Source: a virus. Taken from it: 64,000 bases of DNA. Each line of letters opens with the position of its first letter. The first letter of the stretch is position 1. The stretch covers positions 1 through 64,000 of IMG/VR virus record IMGVR_UViG_3300044733_000695; one strand, given 5' to 3'. Made by a program: the position numbers and the translations under genes. This document shows positions 31,906 through 40,753 of the stretch, in pieces. The notes beneath the pieces are model-generated. The model was not told the DNA's origin. It saw nothing but the letters and a program-made list of their open reading frames with translations, and searched no databases.

Positions 31906-32154
31906 ATGATCGAGGTCATCGCTGCTATTGCTGGAGCGTCGATCTCCGTTGCCGCGATGGGCGCGATGGGCTTTAGCCGTCGCAACGATGAAGCACGCGA
32001 AGCTGTAATTAGACTGACCGCTGCCGTAGAGCATATTGCCACACAGCTAGAGGTGCTGCATAAGGACATCAAGGAGGACCGTAAGGAAACTTTTTCACGT
32101 CTTAATGGCGTTGAGCAGCGCGTGACTATGCTTGAGGCACGGCCTACACGCTAA
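31906..32154 (+). CDS. Membrane-anchored coiled-coil protein (holin/lysis-associated candidate)
   Basis: N-terminal hydrophobic helix; upstream of endolysin. Confidence 0.55.
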   Translation: MIEVIAAIAGASISVAAMGAMGFSRRNDEAREAVIRLTAAVEHIATQLEVLHKDIKEDRKETFSRLNGVEQRVTMLEARPTR

Positions 32155-32158
32155 CCCA

Positions 32159-32299
32159 GTGGACTTCCTTTCTCATCCCGCCTTCTGGATCATCGTCGCT
32201 GCTGCTAGCGAGCTGATCGCGATTAGCCCACTGAAGAGCAACAGCATTGTGCAGCTGGTGTTTCAGGTGCTGAACCTGTTGAAGGCAAAAAAGCGCTGA
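32159..32299 (+). CDS. 46-aa membrane protein (holin-like) ending in a slippery site
   Basis: MDFLSHPAFWIIVAAASELIAISPLKSNSIVQLVFQVLNLLKAKKR; A AAA AAG at 32287..32293. Confidence 0.7.
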   Translation: MDFLSHPAFWIIVAAASELIAISPLKSNSIVQLVFQVLNLLKAKKR

Positions 32300-32486
32300 C
32301 CTCGTTCGCTATTCGCAAACAGCGATTCGAGGCCCAGTTGCCGGCCAAGCTAGACCAAGCCGAAGCGGACTGGCACGCAGCGCAGCCCGTAGGCCCTGAG
32401 CCGGTGATTACGCATCACCCGGTAGACGACACACTGCAAACCGGAGATAGCCGCCTACTTGGCGGTGCAATGGAGATCAAGTCACC

Positions 32487-33545
32487 ATGGTCAAACTGAG
32501 CGACCTGTTCCGGTACTACAAGCACGGCACGCCGCATCAGATGGCGGCCATCTCTGAATTGGAAGCAGAGCTGTTAAAGGTTGCGCCTGCAATCTTGAAT
32601 AGGGACCAAGCCTGGTACAAAACCTGGCAGCAAGGCGGCAAGCTGCATAATTATGGGCCAGCGATAAAGCTGATAAAAGAGTTTGAGGGCTGCCACCTAA
32701 GCGCTTACCCTGATCCGCTTAGCGGCGGCGACCCGTGGACCATCGGCTATGGCACCACCAGGTACAGCGATGGCCGCAAGGTGCAACGCGGCGACAAGAT
32801 TACAGTTATTGAAGCCAGCAGCCTGCTTGAACTTGAGATAGACCGCATTGCCGCCAAGCTGCGTGCGACGGTGCCGTTTTGGAATGCCATGAGCGGCAAC
32901 CAGCAATGTGCGCTGATTAGCTTTGCCTACAACCTGGGCAGCGGGTTCTACGGATCCGAAGGATTCGAGACGATCAGCAAGCGCCTGAAAGAGAAGGACT
33001 GGGCAGGGGTGCCAGCAGCGATGCTGTTGTATCGCAACCCCGGCACCAGCGTCGAGGCTGGTTTGCTACGTCGCCGGCAGGCAGAAGGCAGACTGTGGGT
33101 TGGCGATCAGCAGCAGGGAGCAGCCAAACTGACGCCTAGCAGTCCGTTCAGCGCACGGATCACGCCGCACATCCGAATCGGTGAGTTTGCGCTAGACCAA
33201 GAGGCACGGCGCTTTGATCACCAGTACCAAGTAGATACCGCAGCTGAGCTGGCAGCATTCCTAGAACGCGCTCGTGGTGCATTTGGCAACAAGCCGCTCA
33301 TCATCACGTCGGGTTACAGACCAGCAATCATCAATCGGCAGGTAGGTGGTGCCAGCGGCAGCGAGCACCTATTTAATGCGCCTGGCGTGGGTGCAGTTGA
33401 CTGGTATATCAACGGCGTGGACATCTACAAGCTGCAGGACTGGTGCGTCAAGCATTGGCCATACAGCACTGGACTAGGCGCACCCAAGGGCTTTATCCAT
33501 ACCGGCATCCGTCAAGGCAGGCCGCGTCTCACTTGGCCTTATTAG
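32487..33545 (+). CDS. Endolysin: GH24 lysozyme plus C-terminal M15-type peptidase
   Basis: IKEFEG..AYPD..WTIGYGTT, GLLRRRQAE; ITSGYR..N..VGGASGSEH, FIH. Confidence 0.9.
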   Translation: MVKLSDLFRYYKHGTPHQMAAISELEAELLKVAPAILNRDQAWYKTWQQGGKLHNYGPAIKLIKEFEGCHLSAYPDPLSGGDPWTIGYGTTRYSDGRKVQRGDKITVIEASSLLELEIDRIAAKLRATVPFWNAMSGNQQCALISFAYNLGSGFYGSEGFETISKRLKEKDWAGVPAAMLLYRNPGTSVEAGLLRRRQAEGRLWVGDQQQGAAKLTPSSPFSARITPHIRIGEFALDQEARRFDHQYQVDTAAELAAFLERARGAFGNKPLIITSGYRPAIINRQVGGASGSEHLFNAPGVGAVDWYINGVDIYKLQDWCVKHWPYSTGLGAPKGFIHTGIRQGRPRLTWPY

Positions 33546-33573
33546 ACTGCCTGTGTAAGCCGCTACCAACGGC

Positions 33574-34425
33574 ATGGCGATCACGTCTACGCGAGTATCG
33601 CCAGAGCTTTTGGAGATACGGATACCGTACAACAGCACCAAGGAAGAAGCAACCTTTCTACTGCTGTCGGACATCCACCTAGATAACCCAAAGTGCAACC
33701 GCAAGCTGCTGCTGCAGCACTTGGATGAGTGCAAGGCGATTGGCGGCCATGCTTTGATGTTTGGCGACGTGCTTTGCCTGATGCAAGGCAAAAAGGATCG
33801 GCGCGGCAGCAAGGGCGACATCAGGCCAGAGCATCTTGGCGGCAACTATTTTGATCTGGTGTTCCGCGAGTCAGCCGACCTGCTCCGGCCATACGGTGAC
33901 ATGATCCTGATGATGGGCGACGGCAACCACGAGACTGCCGTGCTCAACAATCAAGAGATCGACCCGCTAGAGAACGTGGTCAGGCTCATGCGCAACGATG
34001 GCGCGGTTACCGAACACATGGGATACCAGGGCTTTGTGCGGTTTGCGTTCCGGCAGTCAGCCGGCCGTACACGCCGCTGCACATTGTTCTTCCACCACGG
34101 CGCATGGGGCGGCATCGTCACCAAAGGCACCATGGGTGGCGGCCGCTACGCGCAGATCGCACCTGATGCAGACATCATGCTTAACGGCCACAACCACGAG
34201 CGCAGCATTGTGGCACACCCGTGCTACCGCATCGCAGAAAACGGCAAGGCATGGATTGAGCAGCGCTGGCACCTGCAAACCGGCACCTACAAGCAGGAGT
34301 TTGGCGCTACTGGTGGCTGGGCGATTGAGCGCATCGTAATGCCTAAGTCACTTGGCGGGATATGGCTAACGCTGCGGCCACGAGAGCGCGGCGGCGTTGA
34401 CATCTCCTGCAGGCCAACCGTATGA
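33574..34425 (+). CDS. Calcineurin-like metallophosphoesterase
   Basis: SDIH, GD, GNHE, HHG, GHNH. Confidence 0.85.
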   Translation: MAITSTRVSPELLEIRIPYNSTKEEATFLLLSDIHLDNPKCNRKLLLQHLDECKAIGGHALMFGDVLCLMQGKKDRRGSKGDIRPEHLGGNYFDLVFRESADLLRPYGDMILMMGDGNHETAVLNNQEIDPLENVVRLMRNDGAVTEHMGYQGFVRFAFRQSAGRTRRCTLFFHHGAWGGIVTKGTMGGGRYAQIAPDADIMLNGHNHERSIVAHPCYRIAENGKAWIEQRWHLQTGTYKQEFGATGGWAIERIVMPKSLGGIWLTLRPRERGGVDISCRPTV

Positions 34426-34604
34426 GACAGTACGTCCTTGAGATTGAGTACACCATTGTGGTGGAATCTGAAGACGACGACCCAGAAGAGGTATCGGACA
34501 ATTTCGTGGCGCGGCTCACTGAGCTAGCGCCGTCCAACGATCACGTCCTGGGCCTCACGGTTCAGGTGTTACCCATCCCGGAACTGCGTGGATCATTTGA
34601 TTGA
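34422..34604 (+). CDS. Small acidic hypothetical protein
   Basis: Homologous to 40754..40939. Confidence 0.65.
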   Translation: MRQYVLEIEYTIVVESEDDDPEEVSDNFVARLTELAPSNDHVLGLTVQVLPIPELRGSFD

Positions 34605-34887
34605 TGGCTCCAACCTCGTATCAAAACGCAGCGCAAAGCATCAATTTAGACAGCAAATTTTTGAAGCATGGGGCCATACATGCGCGTATTGCGGCGCCCC
34701 GGCTGACACGCTAGACCATGTGAAGCCACGTCATAAAGGTGGCGCTACTGTTGCTTGCAATCTTGTACCGGCGTGCAAGAATTGCAACCGTAAGAAAGGC
34801 AGCGAGGAATGGCGCGAATGGTTTAGCCGTCAAGATTCGTGGTCTGTTGATCGCGTTCTAAAGATTCAGGATTGGTTGGTTGATTGA
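34588..34887 (+). CDS. HNH endonuclease
   Basis: CAYCG..TLDHVKP..KGG...NLVPACKNCN..K. Confidence 0.9.
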   Translation: MDHLIDGSNLVSKRSAKHQFRQQIFEAWGHTCAYCGAPADTLDHVKPRHKGGATVACNLVPACKNCNRKKGSEEWREWFSRQDSWSVDRVLKIQDWLVD

Positions 34888-34999
34888 GCATCTGATGGTA
34901 AAAAATCAGTGCTTGCCACTGCTGCCTGTGCTCTCGGCACATACCGTTGAAGCAAACCCTCCATACATCCTGATAGCGGCTGATTGTTGGTTTCGACAT
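34823..34999 (-). CDS. Hypothetical protein
   Basis: CFNGMCR..WQA motif shared with 41311..41484. Confidence 0.55.
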   Translation of the reverse strand: MSKPTISRYQDVWRVCFNGMCREHRQQWQALIFYHQMLNQPTNPESLERDQQTTNLDG

Positions 35000-35879
35000 G
35001 GCCAAGCGGGGTATTGCTTAATGGGTTGCTCATCAGCATACGAAGGCGGCTAATGCCACGACGCTCTAGGTTTTGCAGCTTGGTGCGGCTGACGCCTGTT
35101 TGTTGTTCAAGTTGCGCCCAGGTGACAGGCCGCGCAAGGTTTCTGGCATGGATTACCTGTTTGGTCAACGGGTCTAAGTATTTGTTAAAACAATCCATCA
35201 ATTCGCGTATCTCTTGCCGGGTTTCTATCAGGTCATTGTCGTAGTTAGGGTCAGCAATGTTGTCACCGATGCATGTGGTCTCGGTGTCAGCAACACGCTG
35301 GTCTAGGCTTGTCACTTTATAGGTTTGCTTTAACAAGTATGACAGTTCTTCTACATCCATATCCAGTGCGTTAGATATTTCGCTCATGGTTGGCTGTCTG
35401 CCGATCTTATGGCTTAGATCCTGCATGGTGCGGTTTATCTTGTACAGCATCTCATGCAAACTGGTTGGCAGGCGAATTATGGAGTCATGCTGGATCAATG
35501 CCCGCGTAATGCCTTGCCTGATCCACCAATAGGCATAAGTTGAAAACTTGTAACCGCGTGACGGGTCGAATAGCTCAACCGCACGCGCAAGGCCGATATT
35601 GCCCTCTTGGATCAAGTCCATCAACTCAAGCGTCTTATTGCTGCGCTTGTCGTACTTGCGGGCTACATGGACTACAAGCTGCAGGTTGGACTTAATAAAC
35701 CGTTGCCTAGCGCGTTCACCGCTTCGCAACTCGCGTTGCTCATCACGGGTTAGCTCCCTGTCGCATTGTCTTAATTCTTGCCATCTAATGACACGCCTGC
35801 CGAGTTGTATCTCTTGTTGCGGTGTCAGTAGTGGATATTTGGCGATACTGTTGAGGTAGTCTTTGATGCTGTCGGCCAT
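34866..35879 (-). CDS. RpoD/SigA-family RNA polymerase sigma factor
   Basis: YPLLTPQQEIQL, NLQLVVHVARKY, DLIQEGNIGL, GYKFSTYAYWWIRQGITRA. Confidence 0.95.
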   Translation of the reverse strand: MADSIKDYLNSIAKYPLLTPQQEIQLGRRVIRWQELRQCDRELTRDEQRELRSGERARQRFIKSNLQLVVHVARKYDKRSNKTLELMDLIQEGNIGLARAVELFDPSRGYKFSTYAYWWIRQGITRALIQHDSIIRLPTSLHEMLYKINRTMQDLSHKIGRQPTMSEISNALDMDVEELSYLLKQTYKVTSLDQRVADTETTCIGDNIADPNYDNDLIETRQEIRELMDCFNKYLDPLTKQVIHARNLARPVTWAQLEQQTGVSRTKLQNLERRGISRLRMLMSNPLSNTPLGHVETNNQPLSGCMEGLLQRYVPRAQAAVASTDFLPSDAQSTNQS

Positions 35880-36123
35880 GATGAATCCATTAGTTCACAC
35901 AATGGAAGCACAGTTCCACGGCGCTGCCAACGCTAACATGTTGCGCCAGCTACATGCAGCAAAAGATTGGAATGCGTTACTTGAGTACAGCTTGCTACTG
36001 GCTGAGCAGGAGGCTAGCCAGCGCTCGCAGATTAAGTGGCTAGCTGCCGAGGCGATGCGCTCATGCAGCATCGAGCCTTGGCATTTGGCTGCGGCCGAGG
36101 AACTGCTTGGAGGCAGCCACTAG
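35878..36123 (+). CDS. Hypothetical protein divergent from the sigma gene
   Basis: ORF filling the gap between sigma and dcd. Confidence 0.5.
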   Translation: MMNPLVHTMEAQFHGAANANMLRQLHAAKDWNALLEYSLLLAEQEASQRSQIKWLAAEAMRSCSIEPWHLAAAEELLGGSH

Positions 36124-36615
36124 CTTGTCATTGTTGTAGTGCCCAACCTGCGCATAGCTCAGCGCTGGCTGCTGGCTCATGCGGAAAAACACCATCTGAC
36201 CAATCTTGAGCCCTGGGTAAATGGGCAGCGGCTGCAGCTGACGGGCGTTTTTCAGCTCTAGCGTTAGCGTGCTGCCATTCCAGCCGGGATCGGCATAGCC
36301 GGCGTGGAGGTTCTCATAGCCCTCCCTAGCGCGGCTTGACTTCAGGAAGAACAGGCCGGCGATATCTTCCGGCATGTAAAAGGTCTCCACCGTCTGGGCC
36401 AGCACAAACTGACCAGGCACCAACTCGTATGGATGCTCCACGGTGTAACCGCTGATGTCAAGCGGAATCATCTGGTGCCCTTGGACCGATTCGAGCATGA
36501 TCAGGTTGCCAAGCCGCAGGTCCAAGCTGGCAGGATTGATCAGCTCTGGGTCATGGCCCTGCACCATCCCCTGAGTGACGATCAGGTCTTCGATTTCGGT
36601 GTCAGATAGGATCAT
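36061..36615 (-). CDS. dcd: dCTP deaminase
   Basis: INPASLDLRLG, KSSRAREG, AGYADPGW.G..TLEL, IGQMVF. Confidence 0.92.
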   Translation of the reverse strand: MILSDTEIEDLIVTQGMVQGHDPELINPASLDLRLGNLIMLESVQGHQMIPLDISGYTVEHPYELVPGQFVLAQTVETFYMPEDIAGLFFLKSSRAREGYENLHAGYADPGWNGSTLTLELKNARQLQPLPIYPGLKIGQMVFFRMSQQPALSYAQVGHYNNDKLVAASKQFLGRSQMPRLDAA

Positions 36616-36835
36616 TGATGTCGATAACGTGTTTACCAGTGCAGTGCTTAGATGCTGACCATTTCAGGTCATACTTTGAAATTTGAATTTCTGCCGGTTG
36701 CTTGGTGTACCAGCGGTGATTACACCCATCGCAGCGGCGACGCCTAACAATCGTACCGTCAGCCAATTGATTGGTCATAACGACATACGTCTGCTGGCAT
36801 GAGCAGCTAGGGCATCGGACTTGAACTGCTGGCAC
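36602..36835 (-). CDS. Zn-ribbon protein (NrdR N-terminal-like)
   Basis: CPSC...VRRRRCDGCNHRWYT. Confidence 0.7.
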   Translation of the reverse strand: MPAVQVRCPSCSCQQTYVVMTNQLADGTIVRRRRCDGCNHRWYTKQPAEIQISKYDLKWSASKHCTGKHVIDINDPI

Positions 36836-37097
36836 GTCTAACTCGGCTCATAGCATCGGACCTGAATTGCTTGCATGTATCTTCTAAATCTTGGGCAAGG
36901 ACGGCAGCCGAACGCAGCAGCGTTGTAAGCGTCACCGGCTTCATGTCACGATCCGTCGCATAGCGAATGGCGTGCCTGAAGCCTTGACTGATGTTGCCGC
37001 CGCCGAGTTTGCGGGCAGCTTCAATCTCCTCGCGGCTCATGCGAATGTTCACCGTGTAGTTGCGACCGCGCTGCGTTGGTATGCGCGGGCTAGGCAT
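36807..37097 (-). CDS. RHH-like hypothetical protein
   Basis: Near-identical homolog at 42951..43232. Confidence 0.7.
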   Translation of the reverse strand: MPSPRIPTQRGRNYTVNIRMSREEIEAARKLGGGNISQGFRHAIRYATDRDMKPVTLTTLLRSAAVLAQDLEDTCKQFRSDAMSRVRRASSSSPMP

Positions 37098-37332
37098 TGC
37101 CCTCTAGCTCGGCAGCGATGGCGAGAAAATGAGCGCGAATGGCGTGATGTGCGGCGAACACGCCTGCATCAGCGTCGGTGTCACCTAATGGCGTGTTCAT
37201 CTGCACCTGATCCGCAGCAGCTCGCAGAGCGGCGGCAATCGCGGGCAGGTAATGCCAGTCATCCGGCTTGCCGCTGGCGGCGCGGTTGAACTCCCAGAAC
37301 ACTTGTTGCGCGGCAGGGGAGAGGTTAGTCAT
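37090..37332 (-). CDS. Hypothetical protein
   Basis: MTNLSPAAQ...IAAALRAAADQV...LAIAAELE. Confidence 0.6.
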   Translation of the reverse strand: MTNLSPAAQQVFWEFNRAASGKPDDWHYLPAIAAALRAAADQVQMNTPLGDTDADAGVFAAHHAIRAHFLAIAAELEGNA

Positions 37333-37477
37333 CCAAGGCCTCCTCCATGTCGCGCTTTACCAAATCAGCAATGCGCTGCTGATACAGCCCGGTGTAGGTT
37401 TCGCAGGTGCGGCCATAGTGGTGATACAACCACTCCAAGTAGTCCTGCCGTTGCTGGTCAGCTATTGGGTTGTTCAC
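37325..37477 (-). CDS. Hypothetical protein
   Basis: DQQRQDYLEWLY..GRTCETYTGLY, homologous to 43225..43494. Confidence 0.6.
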   Translation of the reverse strand: MNNPIADQQRQDYLEWLYHHYGRTCETYTGLYQQRIADLVKRDMEEALDD

Positions 37478-37609
37478 TGATAAGCTCCATCAACTCAAGG
37501 ACATGGGCCGCAAAGGCGGCATGGGTCATCACTGCATGGGTGCCAGGAGGGCGCCCGTAGGACGCCTCCCACCACTCCTTGAATGCAGCTTCAAGGCTGG
37601 TTTGGTTCA

Positions 37610-37960
37610 TCAGAATGCAGACTCCTCGCTAGCAGCAGCAGCAGCACGCGGCAGGTATTCAAACCGGGTGACGTTCAGCACATGCTTAGAGCGCTTAGCG
37701 CCGCTCTCCTTATCCTGCCAGTCCTGACGGCGAATGCCGCCGGTAACCATGATGCTGTCGCCTTTTTTGCAGTTGTCGGCAATCATTTGACCGCCTTTAC
37801 CCCAGACCTCTACGTCAATTGCATTGTTGATGTAGTTGCCATCTTTATCTTTGCCTTCCTGAATGCCTGCACCAAAGTTGCAAACACAAGTACCGGAATC
37901 AAAAAACTTAATTTGCGGCTCGCTAATAATGCGCACGACGCCGGAAGCATACAAACTCAT
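37610..37960 (-). CDS. ssb: Single-stranded DNA-binding protein
   Basis: VEVWGK...KKGDSIMVTG.IR...WQDKESGAKRSK; acidic/Phe C-terminus. Confidence 0.88.
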   Translation of the reverse strand: MSLYASGVVRIISEPQIKFFDSGTCVCNFGAGIQEGKDKDGNYINNAIDVEVWGKGGQMIADNCKKGDSIMVTGGIRRQDWQDKESGAKRSKHVLNVTRFEYLPRAAAAASEESAF

Positions 37961-38163
37961 GGGTTGATTGGTGTAATGGAATGGGTCTCTTCAAAGGCCA
38001 GTACATCAGGCAGGTTGTACCTGACGCGGGACTGGCCGAGTGGACATCCTAGCCTCGGGACTGTGTAATAGCTAGGTCCTTGGCCGCGTAATCGTTGAGA
38101 CTTAATGCTGGACGGCTTGAGGCCCCAACGCTCGGCTAGTTGCTCAGTTGTCAGATAACTCAT
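37957..38163 (-). CDS. Excisionase-like HTH protein
   Basis: [11 protein letters not shown]...GQGPSY...VRY...VLAFE. Confidence 0.75.
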   Translation of the reverse strand: MSYLTTEQLAERWGLKPSSIKSQRLRGQGPSYYTVPRLGCPLGQSRVRYNLPDVLAFEETHSITPINP

Positions 38164-38890
38164 TCTCTTTTTCAAGCATTAGTTGCAAAAGTTGATCGTG
38201 CTGCTCTTGGCTGATCTCACCGGCTTCTAGCCGTGCCGCCATACGCGGTTGCAGGTCTTCTAGATCCTGCAGGGTTTTGGCCTTAGCGATGGCCGCCTTA
38301 CCAGCGGTGAACGTCTTGCTGCTGTCTACCTTGGTGGTAGCAGGCAGCTTGACCTGCTCAGCTGGCGTGACCGTAACAGTCTCGGCTTGGTCCATTTCGT
38401 CGGTGCTGTACACACCAGACATGTCGGCAGGGAATGCCTTACGAAGCGCCAGCGCCTCAGAGCATTTGGCAATCATGGCGGCTGGCATTTTGGACCACAG
38501 CCCTTGGCCGGCGTTGTAGTCAGCAAAGCGGGCAACACCAATAAAAGGGTGTTGGCTGCCTTTGCGATGCACGATGGTCTTAGCTGCAGCGGGCGGCTTG
38601 CTGGAGAGCCATACGTCGCGCCATTCGCCTTCATCACCACACCAGTACGTCTCGCTGCCGTCTAGTTGTCCGGTGCGTTCGGCAATGGCACGCAAACCGT
38701 CAATGCCGGCCTGAATGGTCATCTTGCCGCCACGCTTGATGGCGTAAATCTGCTTGCTGAATGGGTCAAGGCCAGTGCGCTGGCACGCATAGGCGAACAG
38801 CCGCAGCTCATCATTGCTGCAGCCTGGCGCAATGGTGCTGCTAATAAGCTGCGTTTGCTCTGGGGTCCAAAGGGTGATAGCGGTTGACAT
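38144..38890 (-). CDS. bet: ssDNA annealing recombinase (Bet/RecT family)
   Basis: [38 protein letters not shown]. Confidence 0.9.
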   Translation of the reverse strand: MSTAITLWTPEQTQLISSTIAPGCSNDELRLFAYACQRTGLDPFSKQIYAIKRGGKMTIQAGIDGLRAIAERTGQLDGSETYWCGDEGEWRDVWLSSKPPAAAKTIVHRKGSQHPFIGVARFADYNAGQGLWSKMPAAMIAKCSEALALRKAFPADMSGVYSTDEMDQAETVTVTPAEQVKLPATTKVDSSKTFTAGKAAIAKAKTLQDLEDLQPRMAARLEAGEISQEQHDQLLQLMLEKENELSDN

Positions 38891-39684
38891 CAGAACTCGA
38901 TGGGTGATTGCTGGTTGGCATTAAGTGCCCAGCCGGGCAGGCTGAGCGTTTGGACTGAGGTGTCGCCGTAGCCGGGCCACATGTCAGCGGCCTTGCAGGT
39001 GGCGATCACGTCCAGTGCATTATCGCGCATGGTCCGCCCTAGTGCCATAGCGGCATGGTCCAGTTCGTAAACGGCGACCGCATACGGCGCAGTCTTTTCC
39101 ACTGCGATAAACACAAACCGGCCAGCACCGTGCAAACCAGCGAGGTAATGCGCTGCCTGGACGTGGTAGGCGAAGGTCGCCACGCTACGCGCAAACGCTG
39201 CAGGGCTGGCGTCTTGGCATGTCTTCAGGTCAACGATGGTGCTGCCTTGATACCAGTCTGGGCGGCATTTGCAGCGCAGTCCTGTTGGCAGGTCATCCCA
39301 CCAGAACGACTGCTCAGCCTTGCCATGAGCGAGCAGCGCTGATGCAGCAGGATGCCGTCGGACGCTATCGGCCATGCAGTTAGCGGTCAGCATGTCGCCG
39401 GCCGTTACGGCTTCGATGCCAGCAGTAGCCATCTGCTCAGCCTGTTCCTTGCCTGCTTTGGTGTTGCGTGGCCCGCAGACGCCATAGCGGGATGACAGCT
39501 CATCAGGCTCCAGCACGGCGCAATGCACCAAGCTGCCTAGCTTCATCGCTGCTGTCGGTTCAACCGGCAAGCGATGCGGGTCCAGATATCGCGCCCAATA
39601 GTGGTAAGGCGATTGCATTACCGCTTTGAGGTGACTGGCGCTGACGGCTGGGTCGGCGTGATAGTCGGCACTAGAGATGGTCAT
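38890..39684 (-). CDS. PD-(D/E)xK exonuclease (RecE/ExoVIII-like)
   Basis: YHA..AVSAS, GSLVH..LEP, KCRPD, VDLKT, YHVQAA.Y. Confidence 0.9.
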   Translation of the reverse strand: MTISSADYHADPAVSASHLKAVMQSPYHYWARYLDPHRLPVEPTAAMKLGSLVHCAVLEPDELSSRYGVCGPRNTKAGKEQAEQMATAGIEAVTAGDMLTANCMADSVRRHPAASALLAHGKAEQSFWWDDLPTGLRCKCRPDWYQGSTIVDLKTCQDASPAAFARSVATFAYHVQAAHYLAGLHGAGRFVFIAVEKTAPYAVAVYELDHAAMALGRTMRDNALDVIATCKAADMWPGYGDTSVQTLSLPGWALNANQQSPIEF

Positions 39685-39881
39685 GCTTCCACCCCCTCGC
39701 GCAGTTTGCGGTGCAGCCGGCTGCTAGGGCCATAGGTTGCGTAAATCTCCGGGAATGCCAGCAGCAGGCGCTCGCGGTTGATCGGGTCAGCCTTGAGGCC
39801 GGCTTCAGCCAAGGCGGTAAAGAAGTTACCGGCATACTGCGCTGCAGTGATGAAAGTCCAGTAGCGGTCTGAGTCGGTCAT
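39681..39881 (-). CDS. Hypothetical protein
   Basis: GNFFTALAEA..KADPINRERL..AFPE. Confidence 0.6.
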   Translation of the reverse strand: MTDSDRYWTFITAAQYAGNFFTALAEAGLKADPINRERLLLAFPEIYATYGPSSRLHRKLREGVEA

Positions 39882-39935
39882 AGAATTAACGCGGTGTGTT
39901 GAGGTGGGGCGGTTGGTGTGGCCGCCCCGTTTTCT

Positions 39936-40115
39936 TTACGCCAGTGCTAGACGGACGCGGTAACGGCTGATGTGCATGTGCTCCGCAATGCGGCGCTGCG
40001 TCCAGCCGTAGCCGCGCAGTCGCTTGGCGCGTTGCTCGGTTGACTCCGTTGCCCAGAGCAGAACCAGCAGTGGTAGCAGCAGCAAGGCGGTCAACAGGGC
40101 AATTGTGGTTGTCAT
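39936..40115 (-). CDS. Transmembrane + HTH small protein
   Basis: LLLLPLLVLLWATES...GWTQRRIAEHMHISRYRVRLALA; homolog at 44418..44612. Confidence 0.65.
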   Translation of the reverse strand: MTTTIALLTALLLLPLLVLLWATESTEQRAKRLRGYGWTQRRIAEHMHISRYRVRLALA

Positions 40116-40175
40116 GGTGTTAAAGCGGGTGGAATGGTGCCGGGATTGGGTGCGGCTCCCGGTTGGCCGCGTGGG

Positions 40176-40427
40176 TCAAGCCCCGGCAGGTCCCAGTCGA
40201 TAGCCCGGAGAAAAGATCATGAACTCGTCATTCCAGCCCAGATCCTTCACCGTGACAGGCGCAGCGGTGTAGTAACCGATTGCAGAAACGGTGACGTGCA
40301 CTTCGTCCCGGTCAACAACTGCGTAGTTGATGGGATTGCGCCAATCGGCAGGATCGGCAACCTTGGCAAAAGCAGCATCAAGCTGTGCCTCAGTAAACGG
40401 AGTACCAGTTTCCTGAAGGATCAGCAT
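40176..40427 (-). CDS. Hypothetical early protein
   Basis: First ORF downstream of the promoter at 40481..40508. Confidence 0.6.
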   Translation of the reverse strand: MLILQETGTPFTEAQLDAAFAKVADPADWRNPINYAVVDRDEVHVTVSAIGYYTAAPVTVKDLGWNDEFMIFSPGYRLGPAGA

Positions 40428-40480
40428 CTGAAGCGCAGCCTCCGGGCTGCCGAGTGGGGGTCTTGCCCCCTGATGCACAT

Positions 40481-40508
40481 ATCCTACACCATGTGCCGCC
40501 GTGGTCAA
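40481..40508 (-). promoter_or_regulatory. Sigma70-like early promoter
   Basis: TTGACC-16-TAGGAT on the minus strand, followed by a GGGGGC-AAG-ACCCCC-type hairpin. Confidence 0.65.
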
Positions 40509-40524
40509 GCGTGGTGAGGGGAAT

Positions 40525-40675
40525 GGATGAGGTCAGGTAACGCCCGACCCCCGAGGCGGCCGACCTGCGTCGTCGGCGGGACTATCTCCGGCCCCTGCAT
40601 CCGGCTTATGGGTGATGGTCAGCCTTCGTCGCTGACAGGACTAACTCCGGGCCATGCATCCGGCTTGTGGCTGAA
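40525..40675 (-). ncRNA. Candidate structured non-coding RNA (~150 nt) with two tandem units
   Basis: Promoter upstream, no credible ORF, ~59-nt tandem units with compensatory hairpins UCAGC-GACGAAG-GCUGA / CCGAC-GACGCAG-GUCGG. Confidence 0.55.
40568..40675. repeat. 108-bp exact direct repeat, copy 2; junction between phages A and B
   Basis: Identical to 1..108. Confidence 0.95.
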
Positions 40676-40753
40676 AACAATATACACCGTGCGCAGCGTT
40701 ATCGGGGTTGATCCGGTCGCAGCGGTTACCGTTGGCCAAGCAGCAGCCAGCCC

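Noticed and set aside
39662-39673. tagtc-gg-cacta as another cassette site
   Set aside because: Spacer is 2 nt rather than 5 and it lies within a coding region
40560-40640. Guanidine-II riboswitch, twister or hammerhead ribozyme
   Set aside because: Loops contain ACG but are 7 nt rather than closed ACGR tetraloops; ribozyme core motifs were not found by eye
40568-40675. attL/attR of an integrated prophage
   Set aside because: No integrase catalytic domain or host genes; both sides are phage sequence
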